Source: a virus. Taken from it: 64,000 nucleotides of DNA. Location of the stretch: positions 56,069 to 120,068 of IMG/VR virus record IMGVR_UViG_3300017917_004576; one strand, 5' to 3'. A program made the translations under genes and the position numbers. The notes beneath the pieces are model-generated. The model did no database searches and was not told the DNA's origin. It was given only the letters and a program-made list of their open reading frames with translations. Below are positions 40,915 to 50,366 of the stretch, piece after piece; position 1 is the first letter of the stretch, and every line of letters starts with the position of its first letter.

Positions 40915-41508
40915 TTATTGGGGTAGTACATTAAAATGTAACATAAGTTTTTTAAGTTTATCATATTGTTCTCTGACCGTCATATGTTCATTATTAATGA
41001 TAGCATTAAAATTATTCCAATCATATCTACAAGCATCTAATATTGATTCGCTAATATGTTCTGATTTGTGTGGATTTCTATTTAGTCGAAATACTATTCC
41101 TCCATTATTTTTTATAGCTTCTATTTCATTAGGAAATCTACAATCAGAAACTATAACAACTTGAAGTTTACTCTTTTTAATTTTATTGATAAGAGCATTT
41201 ACCCAAACATTATTATTTAATTTTCTAAATAAGTCAGTGCCTATTAATTGCATTAAATCTCTAGCTGTTAGTTGCTTATCTTCCCAATAGGCATCAATTA
41301 GTTCATTCTTGTTATGATCTTCGCCATAACACTGAACATATGATAATCCAAACATGTTCATGCATATGTCTTCTTTTAATGGGTCTGCAAAGTTATATAT
41401 TTCAACCTCAGAATATCCATTAGATAACAATAACCCTTTTAAAAATTCTGAACAAATAGTTTTGCCAGACTGCTTACGGCCAGAAAATGCTATTATTTTA
41501 GTATTCAT
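40915..41508 (-). CDS. Deoxynucleoside monophosphate kinase
   Basis: SGRKQSGKT, FADPLK, RDLMQLIGT, DCRFPNE, HISE. Confidence 0.9.
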   Translation of the reverse strand: MNTKIIAFSGRKQSGKTICSEFLKGLLLSNGYSEVEIYNFADPLKEDICMNMFGLSYVQCYGEDHNKNELIDAYWEDKQLTARDLMQLIGTDLFRKLNNNVWVNALINKIKKSKLQVVIVSDCRFPNEIEAIKNNGGIVFRLNRNPHKSEHISESILDACRYDWNNFNAIINNEHMTVREQYDKLKKLMLHFNVLPQ

Positions 41509-42683
41509 TAGTATTTATCTTTTAATTGTGGTAAAATAATCTCTTTTACTTCAGCTACTGACATATCAGCAACATCGCTGTGGTCGATATCAATATAGAA
41601 AACATTATATGTCTTATGACATTTATCATAGATTTTTTGAGCAGCTCTTTTTCCGGCTTCGTCATTATCCATAAGTATATATATGCTCATTGCTCCAGAA
41701 ATATCCAATAACAATTTTTGTTTTTCTTGTAATACAGAGCCGAATAGTGCCACGCTGTTGTGAATTCCAGCCTCTTCTAGTCTCCAAACATTTCCTGGGC
41801 TTTCAACCAAAACAACATTTTTATTTTGTTGTATATAGTCTTTGGCATACCATAGATTATATAAATATTCTTGAGTCTTAAATCCTTTATTATGTTTCCA
41901 TTTGGAATATTGCCATAAATAATCTGGATTTGGACAATCTTTTGTTAAATCGTGATAGCTTTTACATTTAGAGCATTGAGTAAAAATACTTCTGCCAGAA
42001 CAACCGACCATATGCTCGTGAGTGTCGTCGTATACTGGCACAACAGCTCTGTCGCCCATTTCTTTTTCGGAACTTAAACATTCACCAACATCATATTTGA
42101 TAAGTATTTCAGAAGAAAATCCTCTGCTAATAAAATAATCTGATGGAATTTTTAAATTCTTTACTATTTTATCTCTTGTGATTTTAGGAGTATCGTCAAC
42201 AGATCTAATATCTGTTTGTATATTATTAACAATATTTACAAAATTATTTTTTTCTACTTCTTTTTTACTAACTTTTATTTGACTAGGATTCTTTTTAGTA
42301 AAATTAATAGCATATTCTACAGCATCGTTAAAAGAAACGGTTGGATCCCCCGGTCCTGTCCAACCATTTTGTTTAGATAAACAACCTCTTATAAATCCTA
42401 TAATAGATCCTTTAAATGTTTCTTCACATTGATGTGTTCTGCATTTCCAGTTGCCTCTATATGAGTCTCCTTTGTAATATAGATTACAAGCAGAATTATT
42501 ATCTCCACCATGAATTGGACATCTCATGGCTATCATGCGATCAAAAGTTTTATACTCACCAACATTTAAATTATCTAATAGATTATCTATATCTTCACAT
42601 AAATAATCAGATAGTACTTTAAGTTGTGGCTGATTATACGAACGGGATTTCTTGATCATCGTCATTATTCTCGTCATTAACAA
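41508..42683 (-). CDS. DNA primase (DnaG-like, Zn finger + TOPRIM)
   Basis: CPIH...C..H..C, VGCSGR, LVES, MDNDEAG, DVAD; true start may be slightly downstream. Confidence 0.88.
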   Translation of the reverse strand: MLMTRIMTMIKKSRSYNQPQLKVLSDYLCEDIDNLLDNLNVGEYKTFDRMIAMRCPIHGGDNNSACNLYYKGDSYRGNWKCRTHQCEETFKGSIIGFIRGCLSKQNGWTGPGDPTVSFNDAVEYAINFTKKNPSQIKVSKKEVEKNNFVNIVNNIQTDIRSVDDTPKITRDKIVKNLKIPSDYFISRGFSSEILIKYDVGECLSSEKEMGDRAVVPVYDDTHEHMVGCSGRSIFTQCSKCKSYHDLTKDCPNPDYLWQYSKWKHNKGFKTQEYLYNLWYAKDYIQQNKNVVLVESPGNVWRLEEAGIHNSVALFGSVLQEKQKLLLDISGAMSIYILMDNDEAGKRAAQKIYDKCHKTYNVFYIDIDHSDVADMSVAEVKEIILPQLKDKY

Positions 42684-44100
42684 TAAATCCTTTATCTGTG
42701 TTAGTATTATTATTTACTAATTCCAATCTGGTCTTACCTTCTTCAATTTTAGCACACCATCCCTTCATATGACAATTAATATAATCATTATCATCTAGAC
42801 CACCGCCGTGTCTACTAATAATAGGAACAAGTTTTCTATTACCATTAGTTGGTCCGTCTTCAGCGATCTCTTCATCGCTTTTTCTTTTGAAAATAGTAAA
42901 ATTGCTACATAACCATATTATACGATCAGAACCACTGGCGGTATCTGTGGTTTCTTTTGTTATTCCATCTCTATTTAATTGTATAAAACCAAGAATAGGA
43001 ACTTTATATCTGACAGCAAAATTATGTAAGCTTGTCATCATAAAACCTAAAACCTGATACTCTTTCATATCCTGAGATATTCCTGCGCTATCCATTAGTT
43101 TTAGATAATCATAAACAATAACGCAGTCTTTGGCTGTTCCATCTGGATGTAGTCCAACCTCTTTAACTAGCCATCTTCTCATGATAGCCAATTGTTCTTC
43201 AAATGGTTTACCAGCAATTGACTTGTAATATAGTCTAACATCTTTAAGTTCTTTTTGAGCCGTTTGTAATCTATTATTTTTATCCGGAGACTCAAATGCT
43301 TTACCAGTTTCTATACTTGAAATGTCTATTTCTGTCATCATGGCCAAAACCCTATTAAGATGATCGTCTGTGCTCATCTCGGTGTCCATATTTAATACTG
43401 GCACTTTGACATTTTTTGCTATGTGTAAGCCAATATTATCTGCTAGCAGAGTCTTACCAGTTTTTGGTCTTGCGGCTATAATACTTACTGATCCTTTTCT
43501 AAGGCCACCACCTATAGCATTGTCATAAACATGAAATCCTGTAGATATACCAACTTGATCAATAGGATTTTCTTTGATATTATTGATATAATCATCAACG
43601 ATATTGGCTATACAAACAGGATTATTATCAGTATCATTTAGTAGTGTCGAGAAATTGAAGATACTATCTTCTGCTAATCCTATAATCGACGATATTGGTT
43701 CGGCTCCGGTGATATCTAATAACTTTTCTTTTGCTTCTTCTAATTGGTCCCTAAGTAATCTAGCTATTTGTAGTTTTCTAATTTTAGCCGCAAATTTTCT
43801 AACATTTTCTAGATTAACAGGAAAATCTATAATAGCCTTTAAATGTTGAGTCTCATTTTTTTGGGATAAAATATGACCAAAATTTAACGATTGAGCAACA
43901 GATAGTATCGACGCTATGTCTATAGAAGGACTATGATCTTTTTCACATATCTCTTTTATTACTTGATATATCATTATATTACTATCAACAGTAAATGTCG
44001 ATGGCTGTATAATATCCGCAATATCTAAGTATGCATTTTCACCGTATTTGCATATTCCAGACAATACCGCTCTTTCTGCGGCAGGATCACAAAGTATCAT
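42634..44100 (-). CDS. dnaB: Replicative DNA helicase
   Basis: AERAVL, AARPKTGKT, VYDYL, QLNR. Confidence 0.93.
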   Translation of the reverse strand: MILCDPAAERAVLSGICKYGENAYLDIADIIQPSTFTVDSNIMIYQVIKEICEKDHSPSIDIASILSVAQSLNFGHILSQKNETQHLKAIIDFPVNLENVRKFAAKIRKLQIARLLRDQLEEAKEKLLDITGAEPISSIIGLAEDSIFNFSTLLNDTDNNPVCIANIVDDYINNIKENPIDQVGISTGFHVYDNAIGGGLRKGSVSIIAARPKTGKTLLADNIGLHIAKNVKVPVLNMDTEMSTDDHLNRVLAMMTEIDISSIETGKAFESPDKNNRLQTAQKELKDVRLYYKSIAGKPFEEQLAIMRRWLVKEVGLHPDGTAKDCVIVYDYLKLMDSAGISQDMKEYQVLGFMMTSLHNFAVRYKVPILGFIQLNRDGITKETTDTASGSDRIIWLCSNFTIFKRKSDEEIAEDGPTNGNRKLVPIISRHGGGLDDNDYINCHMKGWCAKIEEGKTRLELVNNNTNTDKGFIVNDENNDDDQEIPFV

Positions 44101-44103
44101 TTT

Positions 44104-44505
44104 TCATCCAGCGTTTGTTGAACAGTTATTACATTTATAGCGAGAAGGACTATCATGCACAAGGGCCGGATTTATATTTTCTGTTTTTCCACACACCCTG
44201 CATTTCACAGATACCGGCTCGTATTCTCTTGTTCGTGCAACTGGTGGATGTTTTGCTAATTTTTCATCTATTAGCTTATCATCTTTGTGCATATGAAACT
44301 CACTCATTTTTTCAAATTTATTACCAGACTGTGCAGGAAGTCTTTTATTTTTAGTACGGATACTATTTGTTAGTTGAGTATCTTCGCTCTCGACAGAGGA
44401 AATCTCTTCTTTTGTTTCAGCTTTTTCGTCTGGTAACAAAGACTGAAGTACGGTAATTAAATTTTTTATTTGTTCTGGGTTGTTTAATAAATCTTTAAGA
44501 TCCAT
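44104..44505 (-). CDS. Hypothetical protein with C-terminal zinc finger
   Basis: CRVC...CNNC. Confidence 0.65.
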   Translation of the reverse strand: MDLKDLLNNPEQIKNLITVLQSLLPDEKAETKEEISSVESEDTQLTNSIRTKNKRLPAQSGNKFEKMSEFHMHKDDKLIDEKLAKHPPVARTREYEPVSVKCRVCGKTENINPALVHDSPSRYKCNNCSTNAG

Positions 44506-44986
44506 GTTTACTTTTACTCTTTTGGATGGAAATCATAACATCAGATAAGTTTTTTATACTATTAGCAAGATATTGCAATCTATCACTACGTTGTTTTGCA
44601 TATTTTTTTATACTATTCAATCCATTAGCTTTTTCATTATGTTTAATAGCCTGTATTGATTTTTCAATATAACCATATCCTTTATAGTTATTAATATCGT
44701 CTGCTATAACTTCTTTTATATTTTCGTCCGCCCAGTTATATCTTGCTATTTCTCTATTTAAACTACGTTGTACATAGAAAGAGAATTGGGATAATCTATA
44801 TGATATTTGCGCACAATCTTCTGGACTTAATTTCTCTATTTCATCTCTGTTCATTGATGTATATTTATTAATTTCTTCCGATGGTATAATACTAGCAGAG
44901 AATTCTGATAAACCTATAGAATTTTCGTATTCGTCTAAAATTTTATCCCAATACTGTAATTCTTCTTTAGATGATTTGCTGTTCAT
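44495..44986 (-). CDS. Helical protein, possible UvsY-like recombination mediator
   Basis: Coiled-coil character; lies between recA and dnaB; function inferred from position. Confidence 0.4.
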   Translation of the reverse strand: MNSKSSKEELQYWDKILDEYENSIGLSEFSASIIPSEEINKYTSMNRDEIEKLSPEDCAQISYRLSQFSFYVQRSLNREIARYNWADENIKEVIADDINNYKGYGYIEKSIQAIKHNEKANGLNSIKKYAKQRSDRLQYLANSIKNLSDVMISIQKSKSKHGS

Positions 44987-45386
44987 GATTTATTCTTTGT
45001 GTCCATTGATCTATATTTTCATGATATGGTAATTCTATGTATCTTATATTATTAATATTGCACCATTCTGATTTTTCTCTATCTTTTTTTTGAGCTTTAA
45101 GAAAACTCATCATATTGCCATGATAATATGGTACATACTTATAGTGTTGTTCTCCATGAACCTCAACACACCATTTTAATAGTGGTAGATAGAAATCTAA
45201 ATATGCTATTTGTCCTTTTCTTATAGGTACCAAAACCTCTTCTAATATTTGTAGTGTCGGATGAAGAGAAATCAATAGGTTTCTTGCTTGCAAATGGTAC
45301 GATGACTTATTTTGTATTTTACCCTTTGAGACGTAACCTGTCAAGGCCCAAGAAACAACTTCTCCATCCAAATTAGTTATATTCAT
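44967..45386 (-). CDS. Vsr/DUF559-like endonuclease
   Basis: LDFYLP...VEVHGEQHY...D..K..WC. Confidence 0.7.
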   Translation of the reverse strand: MNITNLDGEVVSWALTGYVSKGKIQNKSSYHLQARNLLISLHPTLQILEEVLVPIRKGQIAYLDFYLPLLKWCVEVHGEQHYKYVPYYHGNMMSFLKAQKKDREKSEWCNINNIRYIELPYHENIDQWTQRINHEQQII

Positions 45387-46399
45387 TACTTTTTAATACC
45401 CAGTAAGCTTTTAACAGAATCTTCGACCTCTTTTGCTATTTCTGGATTTTCCATTAAAAATATTCTAGTTTTTTCTGCCCCTTGAAATTTATGAGAGTCT
45501 TTACTGGTTTTGATGGTATACCATGCTCCACCTTTATTTATAACTCCGACATCTGACGCCAAGTTGACAAGCTCTGTGAGCTTATCTATGCCCTCATTAT
45601 AACGAATAAAGCTTTTTGCTACTCCTCCCGGAGGACCGAGAGCGGAACAAATAACTTGCCATTCAACCTCTTGGCCTATCTGAGTATCGTCTGCTCCTAA
45701 AGACCATGGCTTAGAACTTTTTGCTCGTAGTTTAATATCGGTTTGATATGCGATGCCCTGACCGCTCTTCTCCTTAAACTCTGCTCCATATCCTGTCGGA
45801 TTACCCATCAAATGAGTGATACCGATCACAATATTTTTATTAACAGGAATAACGTTAGAAACTTTTCTACAGAATTTGGCTAATAACTTTGCTCCATCTG
45901 CTCTCTGCATTTTGTCCATATCACTAGTAATTTCGGCTTCTGTACATAGTGCAGAATACGAATCTATGATTACTATAGAGCCGGGAATTTCATTTATAAT
46001 TCTTTCTGCTATTTGTAAATATTCTTCGGCGTGTAAGATTTTACCTTGTTGGGATCCTATAATATGAAATCTGCTCAGATCTAATCCTTTTATTCCAAGT
46101 AGATCTCGTTGTTTTAGTCTACCTTCGATATTTAGGTAGTATACTTCTCTAGGGTTCTTTAGATCTCCTTGATATTCTGGTTTTTGTGCGGTGGTTGCAA
46201 AGTCTAATGATGACAAAGTTTTACCACATTTAGGTTGTCCTGTAAATATCACAAAACTACCTTCTGGTATTCCACCACCTAGAACTATATCCAGAGCTGG
46301 ACTAATTGGAATAGTTAATATCTTTTTTTCTACCAGTGAGTTACCAGACAATATAATATCATCTCCAAAATTTTTGATTATATCTTCTTTAAGACTCAT
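45386..46399 (-). CDS. recA: RecA/UvsX recombinase
   Basis: LGGGIP, GQPKCGKT, IIDS, GAWY, FQG. Confidence 0.9.
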   Translation of the reverse strand: MSLKEDIIKNFGDDIILSGNSLVEKKILTIPISPALDIVLGGGIPEGSFVIFTGQPKCGKTLSSLDFATTAQKPEYQGDLKNPREVYYLNIEGRLKQRDLLGIKGLDLSRFHIIGSQQGKILHAEEYLQIAERIINEIPGSIVIIDSYSALCTEAEITSDMDKMQRADGAKLLAKFCRKVSNVIPVNKNIVIGITHLMGNPTGYGAEFKEKSGQGIAYQTDIKLRAKSSKPWSLGADDTQIGQEVEWQVICSALGPPGGVAKSFIRYNEGIDKLTELVNLASDVGVINKGGAWYTIKTSKDSHKFQGAEKTRIFLMENPEIAKEVEDSVKSLLGIKK

Positions 46400-46811
46400 T
46401 ATCTATGTCCTCTAGTTTTGAAAGTATATTATTAGATTTTTTATTATTGTTTGTTTTATATTTTTTATGAGATGATCTGTCTATATCTTTTGAAAATTCT
46501 TTGTTTTGTGAATCTAAAATTTTCTGGTGATGCTCTATAATAGCCTTGAGCATTGGCGCTCGCAACGAATATGTGTTCACAGTTTTGCTATCTTGTAAAG
46601 CTTTTACTATAGCCAAAGGACTGTATTGTTTAACTAATTTATTGGCTGTTGCGATCTGATTTCTATAAAAAGCAGACCATTCTTTATTTAGCCAAAATTT
46701 ATAGTGAATATCTTTTTTATCAAGTTTTGCCTTTTTTTCACAAATAATTTCTGTGATATATTGGGCAGCTGATACTTCCTTATTATTGGAGTATCTTGAT
46801 ATAAATTTCAT
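46389..46811 (-). CDS. Hypothetical protein
   Basis: 140-aa ORF in tightly packed operon. Confidence 0.65.
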   Translation of the reverse strand: MKFISRYSNNKEVSAAQYITEIICEKKAKLDKKDIHYKFWLNKEWSAFYRNQIATANKLVKQYSPLAIVKALQDSKTVNTYSLRAPMLKAIIEHHQKILDSQNKEFSKDIDRSSHKKYKTNNNKKSNNILSKLEDIDNES

Positions 46812-47122
46812 TTGTTGAATGGCTTAAATATATGATCTGGTGACTTTTGTAAATGAGACAGCTTTGTTTTATTGTGATCGTTCATCATAGACGCCTCTTG
46901 TGTCATAATAGCAACAGTATTATTTTTCTTAACTGCTGTTTTGTTTATCATCAAGTCCTTGGCTGTTGGCTGTTGATTAGTCTTAATAAGATTTTCTGAT
47001 TCCACTATTGCCTGAATACTATCAATAGATAAATTGGTTTCCGCAGCTATCTGTTCTAATGTAAAATTTTGTGAAAATAAATATTTTATAGCGTAAATAT
47101 TATTTTTTGATATTTTTGCCAT
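46808..47122 (-). CDS. Small HTH-like protein
   Basis: TLEQIAAETNLSIDSI helix-turn-helix pattern. Confidence 0.5.
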   Translation of the reverse strand: MAKISKNNIYAIKYLFSQNFTLEQIAAETNLSIDSIQAIVESENLIKTNQQPTAKDLMINKTAVKKNNTVAIMTQEASMMNDHNKTKLSHLQKSPDHIFKPFNK

Positions 47123-47505
47123 TACAATCTCTCCCTTTCTGCTTTAACTAGCCATGCATTATTTTTAGTAGATAAAAATTTAAGATAATAATTAAATACC
47201 GATTGATTGGTATTGATAAATTTATTACTTGGTCTAACAACATTATCAAGAAAACTATAGCTCTTTTCTCTATCGAGCTTAGAAAACGGATTGAATAACT
47301 CATTATTATTTGATATTTTAATCTGATAGATAATATGATTGTCTTTATTTATTGTTTTTGCTAATACTGTATTATCATCAATATTTTTTCTATAAAGATT
47401 GTTTTCATCTATAAAATCACAATCTTGCTCTAAACAAAAAAACTTGTTTGTTGTATCCGATGACTTACGATCTTTTTTAGGCGTAAATAAATAATCCTCA
47501 CTCAT
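47122..47505 (-). CDS. Hypothetical protein, paralog of 48225..48632
   Basis: Shared Y.IK...FNP...SF...F..Y..FL.TKN..WL..A.R. Confidence 0.65.
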   Translation of the reverse strand: MSEDYLFTPKKDRKSSDTTNKFFCLEQDCDFIDENNLYRKNIDDNTVLAKTINKDNHIIYQIKISNNNELFNPFSKLDREKSYSFLDNVVRPSNKFINTNQSVFNYYLKFLSTKNNAWLVKAERERL

Positions 47506-47878
47506 CTTTCACCTTTTCTGGTAGGTTTGCTTCTTCAGCCGATGATATCATGCATTTTTCTACATATTCGAAAAAGTTTTTAATATATGTATTATAATTT
47601 TCTCCAGATGGAACCGGTATGTGGTAACTGTTGGTGCATACTGTGTTAATTTCTGGGTACTTATTGTCTTCTATTTTTTTTAGAATATTTGCTGTGAGAT
47701 TGATATATATTTCATATTGGGCATCTGTTTGTTTATTAATATTATTAGGATCATCAAAAATATAACTATATTCAGAAAGATCTTCTGGCTTAAAATCTTT
47801 TAAAGAGTCTATTTGTTTTTTATAAATATCTATTTCTTCTTTAGTAAAAAATTGAGATGATTCTATATTGTCTGTCAT
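47498..47878 (-). CDS. Hypothetical protein
   Basis: 126-aa ORF in operon. Confidence 0.6.
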   Translation of the reverse strand: MTDNIESSQFFTKEEIDIYKKQIDSLKDFKPEDLSEYSYIFDDPNNINKQTDAQYEIYINLTANILKKIEDNKYPEINTVCTNSYHIPVPSGENYNTYIKNFFEYVEKCMISSAEEANLPEKVKDE

Positions 47879-47879
47879 T

Positions 47880-48221
47880 TTAGGTCCATTTTGTTTTTGG
47901 CGGTTTCTTGATTCTGTTCATACCTTTGGGCAAGACTTTATCCTCTGTTGCTTTATAAGAATTATGTTTGGAGTATAGACTTTGTTTTTGATCATCGCTC
48001 ATACGATCTCTATTTCTGTTAGCCAGATCTCCTACCGTTTTAAGCTCAGTATCATGTTTTTTGATTGAGTTTTGAATAGTAGAAACATCGTCAGTATAGC
48101 TTCTTTCTGTTTTTTTACTATTGCAAAAATTACATTTTGGCGAAGGAATATAATCCTTAATATAAAAAAATAATTCAAATTTTTTATTACAATTTTCGCA
48201 ATGGTAAGTGTACGTTGGCAT
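47880..48221 (-). CDS. FmdB-family zinc-ribbon protein
   Basis: MPTYTYHCENC..KFE...CNFC. Confidence 0.85.
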   Translation of the reverse strand: MPTYTYHCENCNKKFELFFYIKDYIPSPKCNFCNSKKTERSYTDDVSTIQNSIKKHDTELKTVGDLANRNRDRMSDDQKQSLYSKHNSYKATEDKVLPKGMNRIKKPPKTKWT

Positions 48222-48224
48222 AAT

Positions 48225-48632
48225 TTATTTAATATCTCTTTGAGCGTCTTTTAGCCAAGATAGATTTTTTGTCTTTAGAAAATTTATATATTTTTGAAAT
48301 ACTTGTGGAGTAACCTCTTTAAAGTCCCATTCACTTTTACATATATTATTAATAAATGATAAAGAATTTTTTTCTTCTATAGGAGATAGAATTTTTTTAG
48401 GATTGAAAATTTTTGAATTTGGATCCAATTTAATATAATATCTACCATAAGACTTATCATTATCAGCAAAATGTTTTGATTTTTTAGAAAATATTATCTT
48501 AGCAATGGCTTTCGAAATATTGTCATTATTCAATCTCGGATATCCATCGTCGTCTATATAGTCTTCGGATCCTAATAAACAATAAAATTTATCTTCATTA
48601 GAAGTAGATCGATTTGTATTAAAAATAGCCAT
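48225..48632 (-). CDS. Hypothetical protein, paralog of 47122..47505
   Basis: Shared C-terminal motif FLKTKNLSWLKDAQR. Confidence 0.65.
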   Translation of the reverse strand: MAIFNTNRSTSNEDKFYCLLGSEDYIDDDGYPRLNNDNISKAIAKIIFSKKSKHFADNDKSYGRYYIKLDPNSKIFNPKKILSPIEEKNSLSFINNICKSEWDFKEVTPQVFQKYINFLKTKNLSWLKDAQRDIK

Positions 48633-49206
48633 CTATATATTTTATCCATTCTTTTTGATCTGAGTCACTACTGTATATAGTAGGTAGTTCTTTAGCTAAC
48701 GGCAAGTATCTTGGCTCATAAAATGGTTTTTTAGGGATATTAAGTAACTTCATATTTGCTTGTTCTGGTGTTTTATTTGATTTTTTTCTATTACATTTAA
48801 CACAAGCAGTGGCTATATTTAACCAATTAGTAGCATTCTTTTTGTCAGGATGAAATTGACTTTTTGGAATAACATGATCGTAAGTTAATTCATTCTGATT
48901 AAATCTTATTCCACAATATTGGCAAGTATGATCATCTCTAATAAATAGATTTTTTCTAGAAAACTTTAATGATCTATTATGAATATTGAAATATTTTTGC
49001 GTTTTTGCAACTAATGGGACCTTAAATTGTTTATCATTAGTTCCTTGAATATATTTGTCTTTATAATATTCAATAATTTCTATCTTAAAAGTTGGATTAT
49101 TATCATACTTGATAGACCAAATAATAGCTTTTTGCCAACTAATAATTCTTAATGGCGAATAATCAGCATTTAATAATAAACACTTGCTATTTTCTGCCTT
49201 GTTCAT
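48619..49206 (-). CDS. HNH endonuclease (McrA-like)
   Basis: LLLNADY.P, RDDHTCQYCG, DHVIP, CVKCNRKK. Confidence 0.9.
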   Translation of the reverse strand: MNKAENSKCLLLNADYSPLRIISWQKAIIWSIKYDNNPTFKIEIIEYYKDKYIQGTNDKQFKVPLVAKTQKYFNIHNRSLKFSRKNLFIRDDHTCQYCGIRFNQNELTYDHVIPKSQFHPDKKNATNWLNIATACVKCNRKKSNKTPEQANMKLLNIPKKPFYEPRYLPLAKELPTIYSSDSDQKEWIKYIDGYF

Positions 49207-49924
49207 AATGATCTAGTTTTGCTAAAATTTTTGCTATTATTGGATTACGAATAATATCATGGTCGGTTAGTGTAGAAATACCTATACCGTCTACGTCTGA
49301 TAGATTTTTTATCATTTCATAAAAACCACCCTGTAAATGTCTAGCAAGATCTGATTGCGAAACATCTCCAGTTAATACCATTTTACTGTTTTGACCAATT
49401 CTTGTCAATAGCATTTTTAATTGTTCATACGAAGCATTTTGACATTCGTCTGCTACTATAAAACAGTCATGAAAATTTCTGCCTCTCATAAATCCTAAAG
49501 GAACGATTTCTATTTTATTATTTAGTTTAAGCGTTGCATTAAGTGCTGGGCCAATAAAATAATTTATCTCATCTTCTATAGGTAATAGATAAGGAAATAA
49601 TTTTTCTTCGTATTTACCTGGCAGATAACCTATTTTTTCTCCTGCTTCAACGACTGGTCTGGTTATAATGATTTTTTTGATTTTATCTTCCAATAAATGT
49701 TCTAAAGCTAAACCAACGGCGCAGTGGGTTTTACCACTACCGGCACTACCTTGACAAAAAGTAATAGTATTTTCTACTATAGATCGTATATATTCTTTTT
49801 GATTTTCTGTTCTTGGCTTTAATCTATTTCTAGATGATAGTCTTGTATTATCTTGATTAAGGGGCGAATTTGTGAGATCAATGATTTTTTCTTTTCTAGT
49901 GCTACCATTTTTTTTCTTTCTCAA
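49187..49924 (-). CDS. phoH: PhoH-family ATPase
   Basis: GSAGSGKT, RPVVEAGE.IGYLPG, FMRGR, DECQN, TGD..Q.D; TTG start. Confidence 0.95.
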   Translation of the reverse strand: MRKKKNGSTRKEKIIDLTNSPLNQDNTRLSSRNRLKPRTENQKEYIRSIVENTITFCQGSAGSGKTHCAVGLALEHLLEDKIKKIIITRPVVEAGEKIGYLPGKYEEKLFPYLLPIEDEINYFIGPALNATLKLNNKIEIVPLGFMRGRNFHDCFIVADECQNASYEQLKMLLTRIGQNSKMVLTGDVSQSDLARHLQGGFYEMIKNLSDVDGIGISTLTDHDIIRNPIIAKILAKLDHYEQGRK

Positions 49925-49966
49925 GTTATGCCCTTTATAATAAGTTATATATTAATAACGACATAT

Positions 49967-49977
49967 TAATATACACC
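49967..49977 (-). promoter_or_regulatory. GGTGTATATTA putative phage promoter upstream of phoH
   Basis: Exact 11-nt match to the motif at 4667 and 58228, intergenic. Confidence 0.55.
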
Positions 49978-49982
49978 ATATA

Positions 49983-50348
49983 TCATATTACAAACGACTT
50001 AAGATCAGGAGCTTTCCATCCTTCTGGTTTTAGTACTTTGCCATCTTCTCTCTTTTTTACTTTTCCTGTAACAGGGTCCACTTTAGCAAAATTCGTTTTC
50101 ATAACTTCGTCCCATGCTCCTTGAGCATTACTACCAGTGCTATTTATAGCACCTGCCGTAACCACAATAATATCTATTAAGGCATCTAGTATTTCTAGTC
50201 TATCTATATTGTTGATAGCCTCCTGAAGCTCCGACACTTCTTCTTTTATAAGAGTGTGATACATATCAAATTGAGATTGATTCCACTCGCATACTGTTTG
50301 ATCACAGGCTACCATAAACTTGGTTTGGTCTTCAAACACATTACCCAT
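49983..50348 (-). CDS. MazG-like NTP pyrophosphohydrolase
   Basis: LIKEEVSEL...DALIDI...V..TN..K...REDGKVLKP. Confidence 0.85.
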   Translation of the reverse strand: MGNVFEDQTKFMVACDQTVCEWNQSQFDMYHTLIKEEVSELQEAINNIDRLEILDALIDIIVVTAGAINSTGSNAQGAWDEVMKTNFAKVDPVTGKVKKREDGKVLKPEGWKAPDLKSFVI

Positions 50349-50366
50349 AATTTAATATCCTTTATA

